From: Macrostomum lignano
Taxonomy: Eukaryota
Assembly: GCA_002269645.1 (NCBI GenBank)
Contig: NIVC01000010.1
Location: forward strand, 1,178,001 to 1,242,000
Reading direction: 5' to 3'
Length of the DNA stretch: 64,000 nucleotides
Part shown: in pieces, positions 11,818 to 24,434 of the stretch
Numbering within the stretch: position 1 is the first letter of the stretch
Layout: each line of letters starts with the position of its first letter
Translations under genes and position numbers: made by a program
Notes under the pieces: model-generated
Database searches by the model: none
What the model was told of the DNA's origin: nothing
The model's input: the letters and a program-made list of their open reading frames with translations, nothing else

Positions 11818-12630
11818 TCTAAATATACTAAATCTCTAAGGTTTGTTTGTTTGTTTGTATGTTTGTCCATAACGCTCTAGAGATTGCAATTCTTCACCGA
11901 TTTTGATCGTGTTTTCGCCAAAAGATTCAAAATCTATCTAAATATACTAAATCTCTAATATTTGTATGCTTGCTTGCTTGTCCATAACGCTCTAGAGACT
12001 GCAATTCTTCACCGATTTTGATCGCGTTTTCACCAAAAGATTCAAAATTGTCTGGAAAGAAGACAGTTAAAATTTCTTGTATCTGCTTTAATGCTAAAGG
12101 GATTAAATATTCGAAAAACTGTTTTAAATGGCCTTTTTCAATGCAAATTTTATCAGCGAGAAACTTCACTGCCAATTTTAATTGATTGCGCCAGAGCGAA
12201 CTGATAAGAAAACTCACTGGGCCCCACTTAAAGGGGGGCAATAAAAAATTATTCTGGCTGCTGGCAGCCAGCTCTAATTAGCTAGTCTAAATATACTAAA
12301 TCTCTAAGGTTTGTATGTTTGAATGTCCATAACGCTCTAGAGACTGCAATTCTTCACCGATTTTGATCGCGTCTTCGCCAAAAGATTCAAAATTGTCTGG
12401 AAAGAAGACGGTTAAAATTTCTTGTATCTGCTTCAATGCTAAAGGGATTAAATATTCGAAAAACAGTTTTAAATGGCCTTTTTCAATGCAAATTTTATCA
12501 GCCAGAAACTTCACTGCCAATTTTAATTGATTGCGCCAGAGCCAACTGATAAGAAAACTCACTCGGCCCCACTTAAAGGGGGGGCAATAAAAATTATTCT
12601 GGATGCTGGCAGCCAGCTCTAATTAGCTAG
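11818..12630 (+). mobile_element. Non-autonomous Helitron type A: one 5' stub plus two ~345-bp units head to tail
   Basis: 5' A|TCTAAATATACTAAATC starts at 11818, 11937, 12286. 3' ends have hairpin GCTGGC-A-GCCAGC then CTAG|T at 12285 and 12630. Confidence 0.8.
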
Positions 12631-13164
12631 TCTATCATCACAATATACTAAATCTCTAAAAGTCTAAGATCTGTCTGTCTGTCTGACCGGTATTCCAGTC
12701 CACAGCCTGAATGCCTGAACCGATTTTTTTCAAACTTGCTTTATTCAATTGCAAATTCTTGTGAGATTGTGTAGGTGTAATTGCATTGAAAAATTCGAAT
12801 GAGAAGTTGGTTAAATATTCGAAAAACGAGTTTTTTTAATGCTTTCAATGGGAGGCTAGAAAAGGTCAAAATCTCACTGACTGAATTTCAATTCCAATTA
12901 AGATTGCGCCACAACTATTCTCTGTTCACTGTGTACGCCTCAATACTGGCTGCAATAAGGGAGAGGAAAATAATGCTCAGTGGCTGCGTGTGTACATTCT
13001 GACCCTGGCTGACTGGCGGACTGCATAGACAATTGCTATTAATAGATTTCACTCAACTGTGCATTGGATCTGCCTGCATACAACCTGTGCACACTGAGCA
13101 GCCTATCACTGCTATGTATTTGACTGCAGTGCCGAAGCATATATGGCTGATTTTTGCGCCCTCC

Positions 13165-13250
13165 GATCAGTAGGCGGAATAGCCACATTGTAGGCACTAG
13201 GACTAGGTTTAGGCTAGGCAATAAGGTCCAAGGTTCGAGTCCGCCTCCCC
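13165..13250 (+). other. tRNA-like (Pol III A/B-box) segment inside Helitron; further copies at ~17368-17452, ~20513-20600, ~38212-38300
   Basis: TAGCC(G/A)CAgTG A-box-like motif and GGTTCGAGTCC B-box; no convincing cloverleaf. Confidence 0.5.
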
Positions 13251-14486
13251 AGTGGATAATTAAAATTAAATAAATTCATTCATAAGTAGCTTCTGCCTCG
13301 ACTATTTTGAACATTTTTTGATTAATTGTAATTAAATTTTTTATTAATTAAATTTTTTATTAATTACAATAATTTATTTTTGCTACTTGCACAAGCCACT
13401 AAGCAAATTTGATTTGATTTGTAAAATCTTAAGATCCCATTAACTGTTATTATCTAGGTTTATAGAAGTAAATATTACTAAACTGCAGGGGATTAAATTA
13501 CTAAACTGCAGATGATGCTGCTAAACTGTATTGCTAAATGCTGAGTGGTGCAAAAGATTGCCGATATGTATCGAAAATCGATCAGTGAGCCATAAAATGC
13601 TGAGCTAATTTCTACATTGTTGAAAGGATCATTGCAGTAGACGATGCTGCTAAACTGCTGAGGTATTGCTAAATGCTGAGTTGCGCAAGACTGCCAATAT
13701 GTATCGAAAATTGATTAGTGCGCCGTCGTAAATGCTGAGCAAATTTTTAAATCATTAAAAAGATCATTGCAGTTTGCTGAGAATACTGAGGGGCCAGCTG
13801 AGAGAACTGCAGACTGCTGAAGGGATAAATGAGAATTATTAAGGAAACACTTGCTGACTGCAAATGAATTGACTGCAGACTACTGAGGGGAACTGCAGAT
13901 TGTTGAAGGGATCATTGCAGACTGCAAAGGGGACAAACTGCAAACTGCTGACGTTAGTTAGTTTCTCGAGACTTATGAGCGTATAAGCTGCAAACTGCCG
14001 AGGGGATAGCTGCAGACTGCTAGGATAATAATGGCAGACTTCTGAGGAGGATATCTAACTGTGAATAATTGTAGCTTGCAGAAGGGACAATTCTGGGTCC
14101 CTGAGGGATAAATGAATAATAATAATAAAAGTTGTAGAGTGCAAATGAGTTGTACGACTGCAGTCTATTTTGCGGAATTAGAAGGGATAATTTCAGGTTG
14201 TTGTGGGGATAACTGCCAATTTCTGGGGAGGGTTTAACTTTAAACTTCTGAGGCGATAATAGTAGTCACCTTTTAGCAGTTTGGGAGTGGTGCTAATCTG
14301 GGGAGCGGTGCTAATCTAAGAGAGTGGGGCTAATATAAAGGAGTAGGGAGGGGTTAATCTGGGGGATTGGGGCTAATTTAGAGGAAGTAGCGGTGCGAAT
14401 TTTTGCGGAGTGGTGCAAATCTGGAGAAGTAGTGCTAATCTGGGAAGGTGAAACTATCTGGGAAGCGGCTGTAATCTGTGGAGCGG

Positions 14487-14990
14487 TGCTAATCTAGGCT
14501 GAATGCTAATCTGGGCTGAGTGCTAATCTAGGCTGAGTGCTAATCTGGGCTGAGTGCTAATCTGGGCTGAGTGCTAATCTGGGCTGAGTGCTAATCTGGG
14601 CTGAGTGCTAATCTAGGCTGAGTGCTAATCTAGGCTGAGTGCTAATCTAGGCTGAGCGCTAATCTGGGCTGAGTGCTAATCTGGGCTGAGTGCTAATCTG
14701 GGCTGAGTGCTAATCTGGGCTGAGTGCTAATCTGGGCTGAGTGCTAATCTAGGCTGAGTGCTAATCTAGGCTGAGTGCTAATCTGGGCTGAGTGCTAATC
14801 TGGGCTGAGTGCTAATCTGGGCTGAGTGCTAATCTGGGCTGAGTGCTAATCTGGGCTGAGTGCTAATCTAGGCTGAGTGCTAATCTAGGCTGAGTGCTAA
14901 TCTGGGCGCAGTGCTAATCTGGGCGTAGTGCTAATCTGGGCGTAGTGCTAATCTGGGGGAAGTGGGGCTAATCTGGGGGTGTAGGGCTAA
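14487..14990 (+). repeat. 17-bp minisatellite (GCTAATCTGGGCTGAGT)n
   Basis: Directly visible tandem array; A/G variant at one position. Confidence 0.95.
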
Positions 14991-16059
14991 TCTGGTGAGG
15001 ATTTGAAAATAACGAATAATCATAAAAGAACTATAAATGAATTGACATTGCAAAGTTTCAAACATTAAGAAATGTAACTTTTTAGAACTTTTTAGTCTCA
15101 GTAAATTTGGTGTACAACTGCTTAGAGATTTGCTACTGCAGAACTGCGCGGAGATTAGTGAGATTTGCTCAGCGACTGTGCAAAACTGCTTACAGACAAG
15201 CGCTAAACTGCTAAGAAGCCACCCGGAGGGGGGCTAAATGGCTAGTATGTATCGAAAATTGATTAGTGCGCCGTCGTAAATGCTGAGCAAAATTTTAAAT
15301 CATTGAAAAGATCATTGCAGTTTGCTGAGAATACTGAGGGGCCAGCTGAGAGAACTGCAGACTGCTGAAGGGATAAATGAGAATTATTAAGGAAACACTT
15401 GCTGACTGCAAATGAATTGACTGCAGACTACTGAGGGGAACTGCAGATTGTTGAATGGATCATTGCAGACTGCAAAGGGGACAAACTGCAAACTGCTGAC
15501 GTTAGTTAGTTTCTCGAGACTTATGAGCGTATAAGCTGCAAACTGCCGAGGGGATAGCTGCAGACTGCTAGGATAATAATGGCAGACTTCTGAGGAGGAT
15601 ATCTAACTGTGAATAATTGTGGCTTGCAGAAGGGACAATTCTGGGTCCCTGAGGGATAAATGAATAATAATAATAAAAGTTGTAGAGTGCAAATGAGTTG
15701 TATGACTGCAGTCTGTTTTGCGGAATTAGAAGGGATAATTTCAGGGTGTTGTGGGGATAACTGCCAATTTCTGGGGAGGGTTTAACTTTAAACTTCTGAG
15801 GCGATAATAGTAGTTACCTTCTAGCAGTTTGGGAGTGGTGCTAATCTGGGGAGCGGTGCTAATCTAAGAGAGTGGGGCTAATATAAAGGAGTGGGGGGGC
15901 TAATCTAGGGGATTGGGGCTAATTTGGAGGAGGTAGCGGTGCGAATTTTTGCGGAGTGGTGCTAATTTGGAGGAGGTAGCGGTGCGAATTTTTGCGGAGT
16001 GGTGCTAATCTGGGAAGGGGTGAAACTATCTGGGAAGCGGCGGTAACCTGTGGAGCGGT

Positions 16060-16500
16060 GCTAATCTAGGCTGAGTGCTAATCTGGGCTGAGTACTAATC
16101 TAGGCTGAGTGCTAATCTGGGCTGAGTACTAATCTAGGCTGAGTGCTAATCTGGGCTGAGTGCTAATCTGGGCTGAGTGCTAATCTGGGCTGAGTGCTAA
16201 TCTGGGCTGAGTGCTAATCTGGGCTGAGTGCTAATCTGGGCTGAGTGCTAATCTGGGCTGAGTGCTAATCTGGGCTGAGTGCTAATCTGGGCTGAATGCT
16301 AATCTGGGCTGAGTGCTAATCTGGGCTGAGTGCTAATCTGGGCTGAGTGCTAATCTGGGCTGAGTGCTAAGCTGGGCGTAGTGCTAATCTGGGGGAAGTG
16401 GGGCTAATCTGGGGGTGTGCGGCTAATATGGGGGGAGTAGTGCTAATCTGGGGGAAGTGGGGCTAATCTGGGGGTGTAGGGCTAATGTGGGAGAATAGTG
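16060..16500 (+). repeat. 17-bp minisatellite (GCTAATCTGGGCTGAGT)n
   Basis: Directly visible tandem array. Confidence 0.95.
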
Positions 16501-16857
16501 GTAATCTGATGAGGATTTGAAAATAACGAATAATCATAAAAGAACTAAAAATGAATTGACATTGCAAAGTTTCAAACATTAAGAAATGTAACTTTTTAGA
16601 ACTTTTTAGTCTCAGTAAATTTGGTGTACAACTGCTTAGATATTTGCTACTGCAGAACTGCCCGGAGATTAGTGAGATTTGCTCAGCGACTGTGCAAAAC
16701 TGCTTATAGACAAGCGCTAAACTGCTAAGAAGCCACCCGGAGGGGGGCTAAATGGCTAGTCTAAATATACTAAATCTCTAATATTTGTATGCTTGCTTGT
16801 CCATAACGCTCTAGAGATTGCAATTCTTCACCGATTTTGATCGCGTTTTCGCCAAAA

Positions 16858-19246
16858 TCATCACAATATACTAAATCTCTAAGATCTGTCTGTCTGACCG
16901 GTATTCCAGTCCACAGCCTGAATGCCTGAACCGATTTTTTTCAAACTTGCTTTATTCAATTGCAAATTCTTGTGAGATTGTGTGCGTGTAATTGCATTGA
17001 AAAATTCGAATGAGAAGTTGGTTAAATATTCGAAAAACGAGTTTTTTTAATGCTTTCAATGGGAGGCTAGAAAAGGTCAAAATCTCACTGACTGAATTTC
17101 AATTCCAATTAAGATTGCGCCACAACTATTCTCTGTTCACTGTGTACGCCTCAATACTGGCTGCAATAAGGGAGAGGAAAATAATGCTCAGTGGCGGCGT
17201 GTGTACATTCTGACCCTGGCTGACTGCATAGACAATTGCTATTTATAGATTTCACTCAACTGTGCATTGGCTCTGCCTGCATACAACCTGTGCACACTGA
17301 GCAGCCTATCACTGCTGTGTATTTGACTGCTGGGCCGAAGCATATATGGCTGATTTTTGCGCCCCCCGATCAGTAGGCGGAATAGCCGCAGTGTAGGCAC
17401 TAGGACTAGGTTTAGGCTAGGCATAAGGTCCAAGGTTCGAGTCCGCCTCCCCAGTGGATAATTAAAATTAAATAAATTCATTCATTAGTAGCTTCTGCCT
17501 CGACTATTTTGAACATTATTTGATTAATTCTAATTGAAATTTTTTTTATTAATTACAATAATTTACTTTTGCTACTCGCACAAGCCACTAAGCAAATTTG
17601 ATTTGTAAAATCCTAAGATCCCATTAATTGTTATTATCTAGGTCTATAGAAGTAGATTTTACTAAACTGCAGGGGATTAAATTACTAAACTGCAGATGAT
17701 GCTGCTAAACTGCTGAGGTATTGCTAAATGATGAGTTGCGCAAGACTGCCAATATGTATCGAAAATTGATTAGTGCGCCGTCGTAAATGCTGAGCAAAAT
17801 TTTAAATCATTGAAAAGATCATTGCAGTTTGCTGAGAATACTGAGGGGCCAGCTGAGAGAACTGCAGACTGCTGAAGGGATAAATGAGAATTATTAAGGA
17901 AACACTTGCTGACTGCAAATGAATTGACTGCAGACTACTGAGGGGAACTGCAGATTGTTGAAGGGATCATTGCAGACTGCAAAGGGGACAAACTGCAAAC
18001 TGCTGACGTTAGTTAGTTTCTCGAGACTTATGAGCGTATAAGCTGCAAACTGCCGAGGGGATAGCTGCAGACTGCTAGGATAATAATGGCAGACTTCTGA
18101 GGAGGATATCTAACTGTGAATAATTGTGGCTTGCAGAAGGGACAATTCTGGGTCCCTGAGGGATAAATGAATAATAATAATAAAAGTTGTAGAGTGCAAA
18201 TGAGTTGTATGACTGCAGTCTGTTTTGCGGAATTAGAAGGGATAATTTCAGGGTGTTGTGGGGATAACTGCCAATTTCTGGGGAGGGTTTAACTTTAAAC
18301 TTCTGAGGCGATAATAGTAGTCACCTTTTAGCAGTTTGGGAGTGGTGCTAATCTAAGGGAGCGGGGCTAATATAAAGGAGTGGGGGCTAATCTGGGGGAT
18401 TGGGGCTAATCTGGAGGAAGTAGCGGTGCGAATTTTTGCGGAGTGGTGCGAATCTGGAGAAGTAGTGCTAATCTGGGAAGGTGAAACTATCTGGGAAGCG
18501 GCGGTAATCTGTGGAGCGGTGCTAATCTAGGCTGAGTGCTAATCTAGGCTGAGTGCTAATCTGGGCTGAGTGCTAATCTGGGCTGAGTGCTAATCTAGGC
18601 TGAGTGCTTATCTAGGCTGAGTGCTTATCTGGACTGAGTGCTAATCTAGGTTGATTGCTAATCTGGGCTGAGTGCTAATCTAGGCTGATTGCTAATCTGG
18701 GCTGAGTGCTAATCTAGGCTGAGTGCTAATCTGGGCTGTGTGCTAATCTGGGCTGAGTGCTAATCTAGGCTGAGTGCTAATCTGGGCTGAGTGCTAATCT
18801 AGGCTGAGTGCTAATCTGGGCTGAGTGCTAATCTGGGCTGAGTGCTAATCTGGGCTGAGTGCTAATCTGGGCTGAGTGCTAATCTGGGCTGAGTGCTAAT
18901 CTGGGCTGAGTGCTAATCTGGGCGTAGTGCTAATCTGGGGGAAGTGGGGCTAATCTGGGGGTGTAGGGCTAATGTGGGAGAATAGTGCTAATCTGGTGAG
19001 GATTTGAAAATAACGAATAATCATAAACGAACTATAAATGAATTGACATTGCAAAGTTTCAAACATTAGGAAATGTAACTTTTTAGAACTTTTTAGTCTC
19101 AGTAAATTTGGTGTACAACTGCTTAGAGATTTGCTACTGCAGAACTGCCCGGAGATTAGTGAGATTTGCTCAGCGACTGTGCAAAACTGCTTATAGACAA
19201 GCGCTAAACTGCTAAGAAGCCACCCGGAGGGGGGCTAAATGGCTAG
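16858..19246 (+). mobile_element. Non-autonomous Helitron type B copy 2, inserted at an A|T site after a type A 5' stub (16760-16857)
   Basis: A|TCATCACAATATAC start, GGCTAG|T end; near-identical to 12631-15245. Confidence 0.8.
18520..18995 (+). repeat. 17-bp minisatellite (GCTAATCTGGGCTGAGT)n
   Basis: Directly visible tandem array. Confidence 0.95.
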
Positions 19247-19997
19247 TCTAATCTAAATATACTAAATCTCTAATATTTGTATGCTTGCTTGTCCATAACG
19301 CTCTAGAGATCGCAATTCTCGACCGATTTTGATCGCGTTTTCGCCAAAAGATTTGTAATCAGCCTGGGATTGTATGGTTAAAATTTCTTGTATCTGCTTC
19401 AATGCTTAAGGGATTAAATATTCGAAAAACTGTTTTAAATGGCCTTTTTCAATGCAAATTTTATCAGCCAGAAACTTCACAGTCAATTTTAATTGATTGC
19501 GCCAGAGCCAACTGATAAGAAAACTCACTGGGCCCCACCTAAAGGGGGGGGCAATAAAAATTATTCTGGATGCTGGCAGCCAGCTCTAATTAGCTAGTCT
19601 AAATCTATCTAAATATACTAAATCTCTAATATCTTCTATCTATCTTCTAAATCTAAATATACTAAATCTCTAAGGTTTGTTTGTATGTTTGTCCATAACG
19701 CTCTAGAGACTGCAATTCTTTACCGATTTTGATCGCGTTTTCGCCAAAAGATTCGTAATCAGCCTGGGATTGTATGGTTAAAATTTCTTGTATCTGCTTC
19801 AATGCTAAAGGGATTAAATATTCGAAAAACAGTTTTAAATGGGCGAATTCAATGCAAATTTTATCAGCGAGAAACTTCACAGTCAATCTTAATTGATTGC
19901 GCCAGAGCCAACTGATAAGAAAACTCACTGGACCCACTTAAAGGGTGGGGGCAATAAAAATTATTCTGGATGCTGGCAGCCAGCTCTAATTAGCTAG
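19247..19997 (+). mobile_element. Two Helitron type A units separated by 5'-end stubs
   Basis: CTAG|T ends at 19597 and 19997, each preceded by the GCTGGCAGCCAGC hairpin. Confidence 0.8.
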
Positions 19998-21799
19998 TCT
20001 AAATATACTAAATCTCTAAGGTTTGTTTGTATGTTTGTCCATAACGCTCTAGAGATTGCAATTCTTCACCGATTTTCATCGCGTTTTCGCCAAAAGATTT
20101 AAAATTATCTGGAAAGAGGACAGCTAAAATTTCTTTAATCTGCTTCAATGCTAAAGGTATTAAATATTCGAAAAACAAGTTTATCTAAATGCTTTTAATA
20201 GAAGGCCAAGCAGCGTTGAATTCTTGACTGGCTAAATTCCAATTCTAAATGATTGCGCCACAACTGCGTACTGCATATTCTCGCTATAAACTGACTCTGA
20301 GCTTTTTAGCAGGAGGCAGTGTGCCAAGCATTGCGCAGGCACTCTGGAGGGAGAGAGAAATCAGCCAGTGCATTTTAAAAGTATTGAAATTGAGAGATCT
20401 ACTTAACTGTGCAATGGCTCTGCCAGCACCAAAACTGTGCACACTGAGCAGGCTATCACTGCTATGTATTTGACTGCAGTGCCGAAGCATATATGTCTGA
20501 TTTTTGCGCCCTTCCATCAGTAGGCGGAATAGCCGCAGTGTAGGCACTAGGACTAGGTTTAGGCTAGGCGTAAGGTCCAAGGTTCGAGTCCGCCTCCCTG
20601 GTGGATAATTTAAATAAGTAAATTCATTCAATTGTAGCTTGTGACTTGACTAAATATAACATATTTTTTATTAATTTTAATTGCAACATTTTTATTAATT
20701 AGCAAATAATTTTTGCTACTTGGCTCAAGCCACTTATCAAATTTGATTTTTAAAAACTGCTTCGTGTATTACTGATCCCATCAACGAGTACTGCCTCGCA
20801 CCATGAAAGTATGAAATTGCTATTAAACTGCAGACCATGCTGTTAAAATTGCTTAAAGGTATTGCTAAATTTTGAGCTTTTTAAGAATGCCGATATGCAC
20901 TGAAAATTGTTTAGTGAGCCGTAAAATGCTGAGCAAATTTTTAGCTTATTGGAAGATTGGAAGATTATTGGAAAGGAGAACAGAAGATGCTGAGGGGAAC
21001 TGCAGATTGTCAAAGGGATCATTCATGCAGACTGCAAAGGGAAAAATGGAACAAACTGCTGAGGTAGTTCCTCCACACTTATGAGTGCATAGCAGCAAAC
21101 TGCTGAGGGGATAACTATCTACAGAGTTTAAAGTGAATAATAGCTGTGAAGAATTAAGTGCAAATTGTTGAGTAAATAACTGCGGACTGCTGAGTGAAGT
21201 ATTGTAGTTTGCTGATGTTAATGAAAGTTGTAGACGGCACAGTGGATATCTGCAGGCTGCTAAGAGTATGACTGCAGTCTGTTTGTGGGATTAGAAGTGA
21301 TAGCTAATTTCAGGATGTTGTGGAGATAACTGCCGATTTCTGGGGGGGGGGGTTAACTTCAAACTGCCGAAGTTACTAAACTTCTTGAATTTAGTTTGAA
21401 TCTTGAATCTTGAATTAGAAGTTTTAGTAACTGCCGAAGTTACTAAACTTCTTGAATAGTATAAGGCTTTTAGCAGAAGGTCGGCAGTTCGAGTCTGTAT
21501 TGAAGCAGCGAATTTATCTTTGTGACAATAATCATTGTTTCCTATGAGGATTGATGCAAATTTTTAGCATTTTCATTTCGTAGATAATTTTGCTGGGGCT
21601 ACGCTAAGCTTTAAGAGCAGCGCTAATCAGGGAGAGCAGTGCTAATCTGATGTATAAAATAAAATAATAAATATGTAAGGGGATTACAAATCAACTTTAA
21701 CCTGCAAGTTGACAAAGCATTTCATATGGTTTCGATTATCCAGAAGCAATATGGCAATAAGCAAAGATTAGTGGCCATCTGCTCACTGATTGTGCAAAA

Positions 21800-22255
21800 C
21801 AGTGCTGGTGAATCATTGCTAAACTGCTGGTGAAGCATTGCTAAAATGCTGGTGAATCATAGCTAATGCAAACTGCTGGTGAAGCATTGCAATACTGCTG
21901 GTGAACCATTGCTGAAATGCTGGTGAACCATTGCTGAAATGCTGGTGAACCATTGCTGAAATGCTGGTGAACCATTGCTGAAATGCTGGTGAATCATAGC
22001 TAATGCAAACTGCTGGTGAAGCATTGTTGAAATGCTGGTAAAGCATTGCTGAACGCTGGTAAACCATTGCTGAAATGCTGGTGAAGCATTGCTAAACTGC
22101 TGGAGAACAATTGCTGAAATGCTGGTGAACCATTGCTGAATGCTGGTGAAGCATTGCTAAACTGCTGGTGAAGCATTGCTAAACTGCTGGTGAAGCATTG
22201 CTAAACTGCTGGTGAACCATTGCTGAAATGCTGGTGAACCATTGCTAAACTGCAG
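21800..22255 (+). repeat. ~21-bp minisatellite (TGCTGGTGAACCATTGCTGAAA-like); shorter copy at 40640-40760
   Basis: Visible tandem array. Confidence 0.9.
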
Positions 22256-23179
22256 AAAGCTATGGTAAAATATTGTAATTTTTTTAATAAAAACTTTTAA
22301 AGAGAAGAAAGCGCAACGCAAGAAAAAGCGAACAAGAATCATCATATCAATCATAAATGAAGCGCCCTGTCGAACGTAAAAGTCTCATCGGGAATTGCTT
22401 AGACTGTTAAGACTGCTAAGACTATTGCTACGAGCATAATGCTGGTATGGGAAATTGCTGTGATATCAAGACTCACGGTAGAATTTATAAGATCTCAAGG
22501 CTCAGGGGAAATTGCTATAAATATGTCATTCTTTTGAGAATTGCTTTGATTTCAAGGTTCATTTGTGAAATTGCTGAAATTAATTGTTGAAATGCAGGTG
22601 CCAAGATATCAAAAGGTTAGTCACTCAATTTTCAGGCTCATGGGGAATTGCTAACATTTCCAAAGCTCATTGGGGAATTGCTGAAATTCTACTACAAGGG
22701 TTATGGTTTTGGTTCAATTATAGAGCGATCGTCGTGACAATCATTAATGATTCATCGAGGAGTTGCTAAGATTAAATGCTCTTGGGGGGGAACTTAAATG
22801 CTTTGGCTCTACTACGGGGAATTGCTGACAGGTAAAGGCTTTCGGTGAAATTCAGATTACAAAGCTTATTTATGAGGAAGTTACTTTAATGCTGAGGCTC
22901 AAGGCTTATGGTGGAAATTGCCAACACGCAAACACTCACTTATGGGTTAGGGTGACCATTAATTAATGACTTGCTTAGATATAATCAAAGTTCATTGTGG
23001 AATCGCTCTGTTGACAAAGCTCATAAAGAAATTGCTGAGTTATCAAGGCTTATAAGGGTATTGCTGAATTTTTGGGAAAAGGGAGTTGGGTTGTTGGTAT
23101 GTCAAGGCTTACTGCGCTGGGAGAATTACGTGATTTCAAGGCTCGAGTTTAATTGCTGTGATGTCGAGGCTTAATGGGA

Positions 23180-23470
23180 TAACTGCTGAGATGTCAAGGC
23201 TTACCGGGGGCAATTGCTGAGATCTCAGAGCTTATGGGGGGAATTTCTGAGATCTCAAGGCTTACTAAGGGAATTGCTAATATGTCAAGTTATACTGGGA
23301 ATTGCTAAGATTTCAATTCTTACTGGGGGAAAGCTGAGATTTCAATGCTTACTGGGGCAATTGCTGAGATCCCAAGGCTTACTGGGGGAATTGCTGATAT
23401 GTCAAGGCTTACTGGGGGAATTGCTGAGATGTCAAGGCTTACAGGGGAATTGCTGATATGTCAAGGCTCA
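23180..23470 (+). repeat. 29-30-bp minisatellite (GAATTGCTGAGATGTCAAGGCTTACTGGGG); also ~26960-27470 and ~41800-42095
   Basis: Visible tandem arrays at the same position in three type C elements. Confidence 0.9.
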
Positions 23471-23992
23471 TGGACGATGGCTTAATTTTGGGAGGGGGGT
23501 TACTAGGTTATTGGGCGATTGTAAGATAGCCAGGTAGTGCGGCTCAAGTAGGTCATGTAATTCAGATAATGAAAAAGTACACAGAAGTGATGCTGATTTC
23601 TGCTAATAGGAAATACCAGCAGCGCAAGGTTTGATTCTTTGATTTAGGCTAATAAACAGAGAGGGTCTAAGGCCGTCAGGGATTTGAATTTTGAGCTCCT
23701 GCTGCGGATCAGAATATGCCCCGGCCAGTGACGATATTCACTAAGAGTTTGTGCTTGAACGGATAAGCACTATTTGCTGATTGAGAAAGGGTTTTGGGCT
23801 GATGAAGGAAACTTTTTGGCTAATGAAAGTTCTGATTCATAGCAACTTATTTTTTCAAACGTGAGAAAAGGTAATTTTTTGATTAATGGAAATCAACATT
23901 TTGGATAATTATAGTAAGGTTGCTGTTGTGCCAAAATAAAAACCAATTGGTGTCATTTTCAAGGCTCCCCAAAGGGGGGGCTAAATGGCTAG

Positions 23993-24347
23993 TCTAAATA
24001 TACTAAATCTCTAAGGTTTGTATGCTTGAATGAATGAATGTCCATAACGCTCTAGAGATTGCAATTCTTCACCGATTTTGATCGTGTTTTCGCCAAAAGA
24101 TTCAAAATTGTCTGGAAAGAAGACGGTTAAAATTTCTTTAATCTGCTCCAATGCTAAAGGGATTAAATTTTCGAAAAACTGTTTTAAATGGCCTTTTTCA
24201 ATGCAAATTTTATCAGCCAGAAACTTCACAGTCAATTTTAATTGATTGCGCCAGAGCCAACTGATAAGAAAACTCACTGGGCCCCACTTAAAGGGGGGGG
24301 GCAATAAAAATTATTCTGGATGCTGGCAGCCAGCTCTAATTAGCTAG
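23993..24347 (+). mobile_element. Helitron type A unit
   Basis: TCTAAATATAC start; hairpin + CTAG|T end. Confidence 0.8.
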
Positions 24348-24434
24348 TCTAAATCTAAATATACTAAATCTCTAAGGTTTGTTTCTAAATATACTAAATC
24401 TCTAATATCTTCTATCTTCTAAATCTATCTTCTA

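Larger units (their letters stand above)
12631..16759 (+). mobile_element. Non-autonomous Helitron type B (12631-15245) plus a tandem duplicate of its 3' part (15246-16759)
   Basis: 5' TCATCACAATATACTAAATC, 3' CCACCCGGAGGGGGGCTAAATGGCTAG|T twice. 15246 onward repeats the sequence from ~13700. Confidence 0.75.
19998..23992 (+). mobile_element. Long non-autonomous Helitron type C (~4.0 kb)
   Basis: Type A-like head, tRNA-like segment, minisatellites, and 3' CCCCAAAGGGGGGG hairpin + CTAAATGGCTAG|T. Confidence 0.75.

Noticed and set aside
13165-13250. Possible tRNA genes (also 28453-28515, 43020-43085, 59270-59329)
   Set aside because: A/B boxes are present but acceptor and anticodon stems cannot be formed convincingly, and all sit inside repeats; treated as tRNA-derived segments.
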